Shown piece by piece: positions 47,170-56,247 of a DNA stretch of 64,000 nucleotides. The notes below the pieces were generated by a model that ran no database searches, was not told the DNA's origin, and was given only the letters and a program-made list of their open reading frames with translations. Source of the stretch: Dehalococcoidia bacterium (GTDB lineage Bacteria; Chloroflexota; Dehalococcoidia; Lucifugimonadales; CATOSD01); assembly GCA_034422735.1 (NCBI GenBank), contig DAOUJL010000079.1, positions 37,699 to 101,698 on the forward strand, given 5' to 3'. A program made the position numbers and the translations under genes. Within the stretch, counting starts at the first letter, position 1. Each line of letters begins with the position of its first letter.

Positions 47170-49356
47170 CTACCCGCTGCCGCGGTTGCTGTGGAGCAAC
47201 TCGGGACGGTCACGCCACTTGTCGAGGAAGCGGCGGTAGTTCTTGCGGCTCAGCTCGTCCCTCTCGCCCTCGGGCAACTCGCTCCAGACCCGGTGCTCAT
47301 GCTGGGCAACGGGCAGAGTGGGATCTGCGACGATGCGGTAGCCTCGGTCCTTGAAGTGGAAACTGTAATCGATGTCGAGGTTCCGGTAGAACCGGAAGCT
47401 CTCGCGCATCAGCCCCACACCCGCGAGGCTCTCGCGCCGGAATGCGAAGCAGTACGCCTGCATGGCATCCATGTCGCCGGACTCGCCCTCTCCGTCGTGG
47501 AAGTGGTGCAGGTCGTTGGTGCGCAGCCCGAATGGGCCGGCAACGCCCACGCTCTCGTCCTGCAGCATTGCATCGAGCGGGCCGAACAGGTCGCCGACCA
47601 CCTCTGTGCTGGTGTCGAGCAGCACTACGAGCTTGCCGCGGCACTGCTTCAGCACGATGTTCTTGGCGGCGCCTTCTCCTAGTACATGGTCCGTGTGAAT
47701 CACGCGAATCCTGGTGTCGCCTGCCGACGCCTCCTCCAGCCAGTCCGCCGCCCCGTCGACGGAGCCGTTGTCCACGACAACCAGCTCGACGGAGCGGCCG
47801 TCGGCCCACCTGAGCGTGGAGAGTACGCATCGCTTCACGTCTTCGACGTAGTTGCAGGCGACGATTCCAATGCTGACGTCCGCGGCGTCCGGCTCGTCGA
47901 GCAGGGAAGGCACCTCGGCGGAGGACGAGTAGCTGTGCCAGCCCTCCTGGCGCTTTTCCCAGGCGGTCTTGGGCCGCACACGGGACCCAGTCGCCGTGTC
48001 TTCCACCACGTAGCCCTCTCCGGATAGGGTGCCGCGGATGGCGTCCGCGCTGCCGTATTCGCCGGCGGAACGCATCTGCGAGCGATCTTTCACACGCGTC
48101 TCCACGTCGTCGGGCACAGCGTAGGCTGCGGCGGGCTGTTCCAGTTCGAGCCCGAGCACCTCGTCGAACGCGCGGACGGCGCGCAGCTTCAGCGCGGCGG
48201 GGGCGTCGGATCGCGCCAACTCCCAGGTCAGGGCCAGCGCCGCGGGCATGTTCAGGTCATCATTCACCAGACGCATGAAGCGGTCGCGCCATTCGAGGAG
48301 CGCGGCCTCGTCGAAGTCGGCTTCTCCGGACGCGCCGCTCCACTCCCGCACCCTGTTGCGGAGCCTGTGGAGGCCGCGCTGGGCGGCCTTGAGCGCGGTG
48401 AAGGTGAAGTTGAGCCTGGTGCGATACCTGGCGGTGAGGCACAGGTAGCGGAACGCGAGGGGGTCGATGTCCTGGCTCTCGATGTCCGAGAGGATGAACG
48501 AGTTTCCGGCCGACTTGGCCATCTTGACACCGTCGGCGAGCAGGTGCTGGCCGTGTGTCCACACGCTGACCACCGTTTCGCCGGTGAAGCCCTCGCTCTG
48601 GGCGATTTCGCCCTCGTGGTGCGGAAAGATGTTGTCCACGCCGCCGGTGTGCAGATCGAACCGGCGGCCCAGGTACTTGACGGACATCGCGGAGCACTCG
48701 ATGTGCCAGCCCGGAAAGCCCTCGCCCCAGCGACTGGGCCACTTCAGGTCGCGGCCCGGTTCCGCCAGCTTCCACAGCGTGAAGTCTCGCGGGTCCTTCT
48801 TCAGCGGGTCTGCCTCGACGCGCACCGCCTCCAGCAGCTCGGCGTCCTGGATGTTGCCGGAAAGCCTGCCGTAGTCCGCGAAAGAGTCCACGTCGTAGTA
48901 AACGTTGCCCTCCACCTCGTAGGCGTGGCCTGCCTCCACCAGTCCGTCCACTATCTCGAGCATCTCGGTCACGTGGTCGGTGGCCTTCGGGAAGTGCTTC
49001 GCCGGGATGATGTTGACCTTGCGCTCGTCGGCGAAGAAGCGGTCCGTGTAAAACTGGGCGATCTCGGCGGGCGTCTTGCCCTCGGCGATGGCGGCGGCGA
49101 TCACCTTGTCCTCGCCCTGCTCCAGCACCTCCTGGCGCATGTGGCCCACGTCGGTGATGTTCTTTACGTGGGTAACCTCGAGGCCCTGGGATTCGAGAGC
49201 GCGGCGGATCCAGTCGGCCATCAGGTAGGAGCGCAGATTGCCGATGTGGGCGTCGCGGTAGACGGTGGGGCCGCAGGTGTACATCTTTACCCTGCCTGGC
49301 TCAAGCGGGCAAAGCTCCTCCACTCGTCTCGTGAGGGTGTTGTATAGCCTAAGCAA
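47170..49356 (-). CDS. cysS: Cysteinyl-tRNA synthetase fused to a C-terminal GT2 glycosyltransferase domain
   Basis: CGPTVY, HIGN, GWHIECSAM, FPHHE, KMAKS and the anticodon-binding helices, then a GT-A domain (VVVDNGSVDG, G..AAKN, LLDTS, LDIDYS). TTG start inferred at 49356. Confidence 0.92.
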   Translation of the reverse strand: MLRLYNTLTRRVEELCPLEPGRVKMYTCGPTVYRDAHIGNLRSYLMADWIRRALESQGLEVTHVKNITDVGHMRQEVLEQGEDKVIAAAIAEGKTPAEIAQFYTDRFFADERKVNIIPAKHFPKATDHVTEMLEIVDGLVEAGHAYEVEGNVYYDVDSFADYGRLSGNIQDAELLEAVRVEADPLKKDPRDFTLWKLAEPGRDLKWPSRWGEGFPGWHIECSAMSVKYLGRRFDLHTGGVDNIFPHHEGEIAQSEGFTGETVVSVWTHGQHLLADGVKMAKSAGNSFILSDIESQDIDPLAFRYLCLTARYRTRLNFTFTALKAAQRGLHRLRNRVREWSGASGEADFDEAALLEWRDRFMRLVNDDLNMPAALALTWELARSDAPAALKLRAVRAFDEVLGLELEQPAAAYAVPDDVETRVKDRSQMRSAGEYGSADAIRGTLSGEGYVVEDTATGSRVRPKTAWEKRQEGWHSYSSSAEVPSLLDEPDAADVSIGIVACNYVEDVKRCVLSTLRWADGRSVELVVVDNGSVDGAADWLEEASAGDTRIRVIHTDHVLGEGAAKNIVLKQCRGKLVVLLDTSTEVVGDLFGPLDAMLQDESVGVAGPFGLRTNDLHHFHDGEGESGDMDAMQAYCFAFRRESLAGVGLMRESFRFYRNLDIDYSFHFKDRGYRIVADPTLPVAQHEHRVWSELPEGERDELSRKNYRRFLDKWRDRPELLHSNRGSG

Positions 49357-49624
49357 TTGTCGCCACTGTCCCTGAGATTCGCAGCAATTATACGACCGGC
49401 CGTCCATCGTGTCTAATGCGGGGCCGCGTCGTTAGGCGAGCGCTGCGGGCCGCCCGTACCCAATTGTACTGCTAAGTACCGGTCGGGGACTACGGAACAC
49501 GGGCGCTCATGCGGGCGAAATGCTATACAATGATGCGTGGCGGGTGGCTTGCGCCGCGTCTTCGTCCGCAGACTGTCACAACCACGACCTCAACCCGCGT
49601 AGAAGTTCCCCGCCGGTGTGCGTT

Positions 49625-50326
49625 ATGGTAGACATCAGGCAGCTATTCAATCTACAAGAACTCGACTGGGAGATCGCCTCCAGGGCCAAAACGCTGGAGG
49701 AGACCAGGTTTCGACTGAACGACGTGTCCGCCATCGAGGCGATGCGGCGCCGGCAGGCCCTGATCGGCAGCCAACTGGACGAAGCCCGCACCGAGAGGCG
49801 AAAGCGCGAGACGGCAGTGAGCGGATTGGAGCAGCGGCTGGAGAATCTGGATCGCAGGTTGTACGGTGGCTTCGTCACCAACCCCCGCGAACTTGAGGCC
49901 AGCGAGGAGGAGCGGGCCTTTCTGCAACAGCAGAGGTCGGAGGAGGAAGACGGCCTGCTCGAGGCACTGGTGCTCTCCGAGGAGTTGGAGGAGGGGCTGT
50001 CGGCGGCGGGCGAGCGCGTAGCTGCGATGGAGTCGGCCCGCGACGCGGAGCGGCCCGGTCTGCTGGAACGCGAGAGCCGGCTCGCAGCCGAGCTCGAGGA
50101 ACTGCGCCGGGCGCGCGAAGAGGCTGCGCCGCAACTGCCGGCGGGCGCACTTTCAACTTACGAGTCGCTGCTGAGAAGCAAGAACGGCCACGCGGTCGCG
50201 CGGGTCGAGCGGTCGGTGTGCCAGGGCTGCCGGATGACGCTGCCGTCGTTGGAGGTGCAGCGGGCCAAGTCTCCCACGCGAGTTGCTCTGTGCAGCAACT
50301 GTGGCAGAATCCTGTACGTGGTGTGA
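49625..50326 (+). CDS. Coiled-coil protein with C4 zinc ribbon (DUF164/zf-RING_7 family)
   Basis: LFNLQELD N-terminus, long heptad region, CQGC...CSNCGRILY. Confidence 0.9.
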   Translation: MVDIRQLFNLQELDWEIASRAKTLEETRFRLNDVSAIEAMRRRQALIGSQLDEARTERRKRETAVSGLEQRLENLDRRLYGGFVTNPRELEASEEERAFLQQQRSEEEDGLLEALVLSEELEEGLSAAGERVAAMESARDAERPGLLERESRLAAELEELRRAREEAAPQLPAGALSTYESLLRSKNGHAVARVERSVCQGCRMTLPSLEVQRAKSPTRVALCSNCGRILYVV

Positions 50327-50333
50327 TCCGAGC

Positions 50334-51674
50334 ATGAGAGCTATCGGCTATTTTCGTCCCAAAGAGGGGCCAAAGTACGTGGAGGCCTTCGAGGAGGCCT
50401 TCCTGGACTACTGCGACCGTAACGGTCACCAGCCGGTGGAGACATTCTACGACTACATCGATGGGGGCGGCGGCCGGCTGCCCAACTATCGGGCGATGGT
50501 CGAGTTCATGCGCGAGAACACCGGCGGCTACCTCGTGGTGGTGCCGGACGCCACGCACTTGGGAGGCGAACTGGAAGCCGTGGCGCGCGCCGTCGTCGAG
50601 TTGGAAGCGCTGGGCGGCAAGGTGACGTGCGACGACGACGATATGCCCGATCCACTGCAGAACAGCTTCCTGACACTGGACGTGAAGGGCGTTTCGCGCA
50701 CGCGGAGCACTCGCATCCAGACGTCCATGCGCCGCCGCGCCATGCAGGGCCTGGGGCTGGGAAAGCCGCCCTACGGCTACCGCATCGGCTCGAAGGGAAC
50801 GCTGGAGGTGGTGCCGGAAGAGGTCCCGGTGGTGGAGCTGATCTTCCGCCTGCGCACGAAAGAAGAGCTGGGAGTCCGGCTCATCGCGCGCCACCTGAAC
50901 GAGCGGGGCATACCCACGCGGCGCGGCGGTAAGTGGAACATGGTCACCATCCGCGACATTCTGCGAAACTCTACCTACATCGGCACCTACCGCAGGTTCG
51001 ACATGAGCGTCCCGAACAGTCACGAGGCCATAATTCCGGGAGAGGTCTTCCGTGCGGCGCAGGAGGTCACGAGGGCGCGCCGACCGGTGGGACGCGTAGT
51101 CAACGCCCAGCCGTTTCTGCTGTCGGGCTTGGTGGTCTGCGGCTACTGCGACAATAAGATGATGGGCGTGACCCGCCGCCAGAGTTGGAAGCGCAAGGAC
51201 GGGCGCCGGGCACGCGGAGTCTATCGCTACTACCAATGCCAGACCCGAAACAACCAGAGCCTTTGCGGCTACCACACCTGGCGCGCCTCCAGGCTGGAGG
51301 GGACGGCGATGGGGCAGCTCAAGCAGGCCCTACGCTCCAGGGAATTGGAAGCGCGGTTGGACCCGGAGGCGGCCAAAAGCCGGCAGGAACAGGCCAAAGC
51401 CGAGTGGGAAACCCGCGTGCGGAATGCCGAAAGGCGCTTTGTGCAGAGCATGAGGCAGGCGGCCAGAGGCAAGCTCACCACCGAGCGGCTGGGCGAATAC
51501 CTCGATGACCTGGACAGCGTGAGGACCGCCGCGAAGAACGCGGATCGGCCCCTGGACGTCGACAAGACGCTGGCAAACTGGGATTCGCTGGATCTGGGCG
51601 ACCAGCAGCGCTTCCTGAACGAGCACGTGGCCCGCATAGTCGTCAAGGACGACTCCGTGGAGGTGGCGGTCTAG
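50334..51674 (+). CDS. Large serine recombinase homologue with degenerate catalytic domain
   Basis: Recombinase domain (PPYGY, IARHLN, W....IRDIL.N, HEAII) and zinc ribbon (CGYC, YYQC...C) are intact. N-terminal GYFRPK replaces GYARVS. Confidence 0.88.
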   Translation: MRAIGYFRPKEGPKYVEAFEEAFLDYCDRNGHQPVETFYDYIDGGGGRLPNYRAMVEFMRENTGGYLVVVPDATHLGGELEAVARAVVELEALGGKVTCDDDDMPDPLQNSFLTLDVKGVSRTRSTRIQTSMRRRAMQGLGLGKPPYGYRIGSKGTLEVVPEEVPVVELIFRLRTKEELGVRLIARHLNERGIPTRRGGKWNMVTIRDILRNSTYIGTYRRFDMSVPNSHEAIIPGEVFRAAQEVTRARRPVGRVVNAQPFLLSGLVVCGYCDNKMMGVTRRQSWKRKDGRRARGVYRYYQCQTRNNQSLCGYHTWRASRLEGTAMGQLKQALRSRELEARLDPEAAKSRQEQAKAEWETRVRNAERRFVQSMRQAARGKLTTERLGEYLDDLDSVRTAAKNADRPLDVDKTLANWDSLDLGDQQRFLNEHVARIVVKDDSVEVAV

Positions 51675-51717
51675 TCCGCCGTGGGAACCTGTATCAGCCT
51701 AGCCGGTTCTCCACAAA

Positions 51718-51786
51718 GAGGGGCGTCCCTTGTGGGTACCCCGGCCATGATGACCAATACGGGCAGCCACAAGCGTTCGCCCCTGC
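51718..51786. repeat. Degenerate inverted REP doublet (REPIN-like)
   Basis: GAGGGGCGTCCCTTGTGGG...GGGCAGCCACAAGCGTTCGCCCCTGC. Confidence 0.55.
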
Positions 51787-51825
51787 TTAAGTTTGGCCGT
51801 CCTGACTAACACGGGTTCGTCATCC

Positions 51826-52101
51826 CAACCCCCTATTGACCCAACCCGTACATCCGTGCTACGCTCCTTCCATCACGCACCTACACAACCAAATCGCAAC
51901 CCTCGACCGCCCCCTGCCGGGTGTCCCATTCATGCCCTACCCTGTGGCGTTTCCGCACCAAATGCCGCCTGACGCGGGACACACGACGCCCGTGACAACC
52001 CAGACTGTGGCGCGCCCAGCTACGCAATGCATCGAAATGCATCAGTTTGCAACGCTTTCTGCTAAGGCGCGACACGGAATGACCCCGAATGACCCACATT
52101 C
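51826..52101 (+). repeat. Divergent copy (D) of the promoter/CCCAGCTACG/10-bp-array core
   Basis: TTGACC-N18-TACGCT shares GTACATCCGTGCTA with copy A. CCCAGCTACG at 52015-52024, AATGC at 52026 and 52036, GAATGACCC at 52077 and 52087. Confidence 0.6.
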
Positions 52102-52188
52102 CGCCAAGTTCCCGGCCCTGTCGCGCCGCCATCGCGTGACCGCCAATCGCGAGCCTTTAACAATTCAATATGTAAGCCATCCAAAACG

Positions 52189-52197
52189 TGCTACAAT
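52189..52197 (+). promoter_or_regulatory. Extended -10 promoter of rnpB
   Basis: TG-C-TACAAT ending 7 nt before the predicted RNA 5' end. Confidence 0.6.
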
Positions 52198-52203
52198 TCC
52201 TGT

Positions 52204-52577
52204 GTCGAGGTGGCCGGGCGGCCGCCCTGGTCGCGCCCACGGGCGCGGGCGAGGGAGGAAAGTCCGAGCTCCACAGGGTAAGGATGCCCGCTAACGGCGG
52301 GGCGGGGCGACTCGACGGAAAGCGCCACAGAAACATGCCGCCGCCTTCGCAACGAGGGCGGTAAGGGTGAAAAGGTGAGGTAAGAGCTCACCGCCTTGGC
52401 GGTAACGTCAAGGGCTAGGCAAGCCCCATCCGGAGCAAGGCCAAATAGGGGGAACACTGGCTTACCCGGCCATTCTCCGGGTTGGCCGCACGACCCAACC
52501 GGCAACGATTGGGCTAGATAGATGGCTGCCGTCCCGGTGTTCCGGGATACAGAACTCGGCTTACAGGCCGCCTCGAC
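52204..52577 (+). ncRNA. rnpB: RNase P RNA (type A)
   Basis: GAGGAAAGTCC near the 5' end and ACAGAACTCGGCTTAC near the 3' end; P1 pairing GTCGAGG/CCTCGAC; CCACAGAAA and GGTAAGAG conserved blocks. Confidence 0.97.
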
Positions 52578-52598
52578 CAAGCCACATCCCAGGACTCT

Positions 52599-53831
52599 AT
52601 GCGAGCGCAGCAGACCGGCTCCAAGCAATTCGTCCCACCCGAACCGGAGTTCGCGCCCCTCACCCTGGAGGGCATGGCTCCGCTGGGAGACTGCCACGCG
52701 CGATTCGAAGAACAGACCATCAGCGTGTTCGGCGGGCTACCCGGCGAGCGCGTGGTCGCCAGGATCGTGCGATACCGGCGCCGCCGCCGCAGGTTCATCT
52801 CGGGCATCGTCGAGCGCGTGCTGTCGCCGTCTCCGCACAGGGTGGCGCCGCCGTGTCCGATCTTCGGGCCGTGCAGCGGCTGCCAGTGGCAACACGTGAG
52901 CTACGACCACCAGCTCACGCTCAAGCGCGAGGCCGTCGAGAATGAGATCAGGCGCTATTCGGAGCTGGACGGCGTCTCCGTGGCCCCCACGATTCCAAGT
53001 CCACAGCCGTTCAACTATCGCAACCACGCCCGATTCACGGTTCGTCGCGGCGGTTCGCTGGGGTTCTCGAACCGCATCACACGCAGATTCGTCCCCGTCG
53101 ATGAGTGCATGCTGATGGCGCCCGGCGTCAACTACGCGCTCGCCGAACTTCAGGGCAAGTGCGCGGAGACCACGCAGCTCTCGGTACGCTACGGCATCAA
53201 CACCGGGGACTACCTCGTGCAGCCGACGTTGCAAAACCCCGACATCGACCTGTCGTCCGGCCAGACTCACTACTTGGAGGAACTGCTTGGACACCGGTTC
53301 CGCGTCGCCTCCCCGTCTTTCTTCCAGGTCAACACGCGCCAGGCGGAGCGGATGGCCGAGTTGGTACGCGACAGGCTCGAGCTCACCGGCACGGAGACGC
53401 TGCTGGACGCCTACGCGGGCGTCGGCACGTTCGCGGTGCTGCTGGCGGGCGACGCGGGCAGGGTAATCGCGGTGGAGGAATCTTCCGCGGCCGTGCGTGA
53501 CGCGGCGCTGAACGCGGAGAGCGTGAGCAACGTGGAGTTCGTCGAGGCGAAGACCGAGCACGCGCTCGAGACCCTGGTCACGCCCGTGGACGCCGTGATC
53601 CTCGATCCGCCGCGCTCGGGTTGCGACCACCGCGTCCTCGCAGCCCTGGCGCGCCTCTCCCCCCGGCGGGTCGTGTACGTGTCGTGCGACCCCTCGACGT
53701 TGGCTCGGGACCTCGCGATCCTGGCGGGCGGCGGCATGTCCGTGCTCCGAGTCGAGCCGCTGGACATGTTCCCCCAGACGTACCACGTGGAGACCGTCGC
53801 GACGCTGGACGGGCGCGCTGTCTGCGCTTAG
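52599..53831 (+). CDS. rlmD: 23S rRNA m5U methyltransferase, TrmA/RlmD family
   Basis: TRAM domain, CPIFGPCSGCQ Fe-S motif, SFFQVN, DAYAGVG, LDPPR, YVSCDP, DMFPQTYHVE. Confidence 0.92.
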   Translation: MRAQQTGSKQFVPPEPEFAPLTLEGMAPLGDCHARFEEQTISVFGGLPGERVVARIVRYRRRRRRFISGIVERVLSPSPHRVAPPCPIFGPCSGCQWQHVSYDHQLTLKREAVENEIRRYSELDGVSVAPTIPSPQPFNYRNHARFTVRRGGSLGFSNRITRRFVPVDECMLMAPGVNYALAELQGKCAETTQLSVRYGINTGDYLVQPTLQNPDIDLSSGQTHYLEELLGHRFRVASPSFFQVNTRQAERMAELVRDRLELTGTETLLDAYAGVGTFAVLLAGDAGRVIAVEESSAAVRDAALNAESVSNVEFVEAKTEHALETLVTPVDAVILDPPRSGCDHRVLAALARLSPRRVVYVSCDPSTLARDLAILAGGGMSVLRVEPLDMFPQTYHVETVATLDGRAVCA

Positions 53832-53945
53832 ACGCGCGGTGCGTCCTCGCTTCACTCGTTGGACTGGACCCAGAGCAATCCATTAGAATGGGCGCGCGGC
53901 CAGCGCCTTATGCGCCATACTTCGGCCGTAAGGAAACGCACGCGA

Positions 53946-54644
53946 ATGACCTCCTACTCGCTGACCGATCGGGCAGCTCCGCGGATCCCCCGCGTTGTGC
54001 TGGCTTCCTCCTCTCCGCGCAGGCGAGAGCTGGTGTCCGAGCTAAGTTTGGACGTGGATACGCTGAGTCCGAACGGCTACGAGGGCCCGCCCTTCCCGGG
54101 TGAGGCGCCCGACGACTACACGCTACGCATGGCCGCCGACAAGGCGGAGCAGGGCGTGGCGCTCCGACCGGGCGCGGCCGTCATAGGCGCGGACACGTGC
54201 GTCGTGTTCCGGGGCGACATCCTGGGCAAGCCGGCGGACGCTGACGAGGCGGTTGCTACGCTCAGGCGGCTGCGAGGCGAGGAACACTCGGTGGTGACCG
54301 GGCTGTGCGTGCGAACCGCTGGACCCGCCGGAACTGCGGACTCGGACTCGCTGAGCATGGCGGTCCGGCGCACGCGCGTATGGATGCGAGACTACTCCGA
54401 CGATGAGATCGACGCCTACGTAGCCTCGGGCAGCCCGTTCGACAAGGCGGGCAGCTACGCGATCCAGGACACGGACTTCGATCCGGTCGATAGGATACAG
54501 GGCTGCTACTTCAACGTGGTGGGCTTCCCGCTGTGCGCGCTGGTCGAGACCCTCGCCGCCCAGCGCGTCCACGCGGAGCTGAGGTGCCCGCAGCGCGTCG
54601 GTGAACTGTGCGGCGAGTGCGAGCTTGCGGGAGGCGGCGCGTGA
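53946..54644 (+). CDS. maf: Maf-family nucleoside triphosphate pyrophosphatase
   Basis: LASSSPRRRELV, GADTCV, GKP, DKAGSYAIQ, NVVGFP; Cys-rich C-terminal tail. Confidence 0.93.
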   Translation: MTSYSLTDRAAPRIPRVVLASSSPRRRELVSELSLDVDTLSPNGYEGPPFPGEAPDDYTLRMAADKAEQGVALRPGAAVIGADTCVVFRGDILGKPADADEAVATLRRLRGEEHSVVTGLCVRTAGPAGTADSDSLSMAVRRTRVWMRDYSDDEIDAYVASGSPFDKAGSYAIQDTDFDPVDRIQGCYFNVVGFPLCALVETLAAQRVHAELRCPQRVGELCGECELAGGGA

Positions 54645-55054
54645 ACTTCCTGGGGATGGGTACGCCCGAAATCCTGGTCGTCCTGCTGCTCGCCTTTCTG
54701 CTGTTGGGTCCGGAGCGGATGATCAACGCGGCAAAGTTGCTTGGCAAGTACGCCGGCGAAATGCGTCGGATGGCGTCCGAGATTCCCGACATCACGCTCG
54801 AGGGCGACGAACCCGGCAGCGGAGAGCGGCCAATCGTGCACAGGGGCGGCGGCCCCAACCCGAGCGTCCGCCCGCGCAACGATGAGACTGAGCGAGACAA
54901 GAAACCGGACGATGGCGGCGAGGAGGCAGTGCCGAAAGACGACGGACCGGTGGCCTTCCGCCCCGGCAAGCCATCCAGGCCGGCTCAGGACGCGCCCGAG
55001 TCGTCGAGGGCCCAGGACGCGCCCGAGTCGTCGAGGGCCCAGGACACGCCATGA
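54641..55054 (+). CDS. tatB: Twin-arginine translocase subunit TatB
   Basis: GMGTPEILVVLLLAFLLLGPERM followed by an amphipathic helix; directly upstream of tatC. Confidence 0.85.
   Translation: MNFLGMGTPEILVVLLLAFLLLGPERMINAAKLLGKYAGEMRRMASEIPDITLEGDEPGSGERPIVHRGGGPNPSVRPRNDETERDKKPDDGGEEAVPKDDGPVAFRPGKPSRPAQDAPESSRAQDAPESSRAQDTP
54986..55050 (+). repeat. 27-bp tandem repeat (2.4 copies) in the tatB 3' end
   Basis: CAGGACGCGCCCGAGTCGTCGAGGGCC twice plus a partial third copy; encodes QDAPESSRA. Confidence 0.9.
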
Positions 55055-55824
55055 GCGAGTCGAGGGTCCCTTTCGGAGAGCACGTGGCCGAGCTGCGCAA
55101 GCGGCTAACTAGGGCTGTAATCGCGGTCATCCTGTGCACCGCCGTCGCGTTCGTGTTTCACGAGCAGATTCTGGTGCTGCTGATGCAACCCGCCCAGGGC
55201 TTCGCCGAGATTCCCAACGGCAAGCCAGTGTTCATCAATTTGACTGAGTTCATCAGCACCGCCATGAAGGCGTCGCTGGTGGTAGGCCTGTGCGTCTCGT
55301 TGCCGTTCGTGCTCTACCAGATGGTCATGTTCATCGCGCCCGGCCTGACTCCGTCCGAGAGGCGGTACCTGTACGCGCTGGTGCCGGTGTCGGTGGGAGC
55401 GTTCCTGCTCGGAGCGTTCTTCGGATACCGCGTGCTATTCCCGCCTGCGATAAAGTTCCTGCTCGGATTCGGCAGCGGCGTCGCCACCCCGATGATAACC
55501 ATCGGGAGCTACGTGGGCCTCATGCTCACGCTGCTGTTGTGGATGGGCGTGGTGTTCGAGATGCCGGTGGTGCTGTTCTTCCTATCCAGGTTGGGAATCG
55601 TTACTCCGCGGTTTCTCGCGCGGCAGCGCCGGTGGGCCATCGTGCTGGCGTTCGTGCTGGGCGCCGTAATCACGCCGACGTTCGACCCAATAAACCAGGC
55701 GTTGGTGGCGCTGCCCATAATCGCGCTGTACGAAGTCAGTATCTGGCTGTCTAAGCTTGCCCGGCGCGGGCGCGAGAGCGGGTCCTCGAAGCTGGGGCTG
55801 GCAGACAACGACGCGGGAACGTAG
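55051..55824 (+). CDS. tatC: Twin-arginine translocase subunit TatC
   Basis: HVAELRKRL, FIAPGL, FEMP, TPTFDP, LYE. Confidence 0.96.
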   Translation: MSESRVPFGEHVAELRKRLTRAVIAVILCTAVAFVFHEQILVLLMQPAQGFAEIPNGKPVFINLTEFISTAMKASLVVGLCVSLPFVLYQMVMFIAPGLTPSERRYLYALVPVSVGAFLLGAFFGYRVLFPPAIKFLLGFGSGVATPMITIGSYVGLMLTLLLWMGVVFEMPVVLFFLSRLGIVTPRFLARQRRWAIVLAFVLGAVITPTFDPINQALVALPIIALYEVSIWLSKLARRGRESGSSKLGLADNDAGT

Positions 55825-55846
55825 AGGCGCTGAGTTGGTGACAACA

Positions 55847-55874
55847 AAACGCCCCAGAGCAATCCGGGGCGTTT
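55847..55874. terminator. Bidirectional intrinsic terminator between tatC and tatA
   Basis: AAACGCCCC-N10-GGGGCGTTT. Confidence 0.75.
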
Positions 55875-55901
55875 AACTTTCGTTGAAAGTTCGCTTGAGC
55901 G

Positions 55902-56108
55902 TTATGCTGAGCCGTTCTGCTTTCCGCTGGTCACCGCCTCGCTCTGCGTTGTCGAGCTGGTGTCGGCATCCGCCGACTGCGAGGAGCGGAACTCGCGTAT
56001 CGCCTTGCCAATCGCGCCGCCTATCTCCGGAAGACGGCCCACACCAAAGATGACCATCACGATAACCAGGATTATTATGAGCTCCAGCGGCCCCAGTCGA
56101 AATGGCAT
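55902..56108 (-). CDS. tatA: Twin-arginine translocase subunit TatA
   Basis: LGPLELIIILVIVMVIFGVGRLPEIGGAIGKAIREF. Confidence 0.93.
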   Translation of the reverse strand: MPFRLGPLELIIILVIVMVIFGVGRLPEIGGAIGKAIREFRSSQSADADTSSTTQSEAVTSGKQNGSA

Positions 56109-56247
56109 CACGCCCCCTTTCCAGTTGCTACAGCCCGATACCTGGCTTATGGTAGCGCCGTGCAACGCGCGGCGTCAAGTCTCTCACGGGATTTGTGGAT
56201 CACCACACTAGTAGCGACTTGCCCAGCCGTAACGTGGGCGCGATGGG

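Noticed and set aside
50334-52577. Active integrase with a prophage or ICE integrated at rnpB
   Set aside because: The catalytic Ser and Arg residues are missing, there are no cargo genes, and no duplicated rnpB end or att-like direct repeat was seen.
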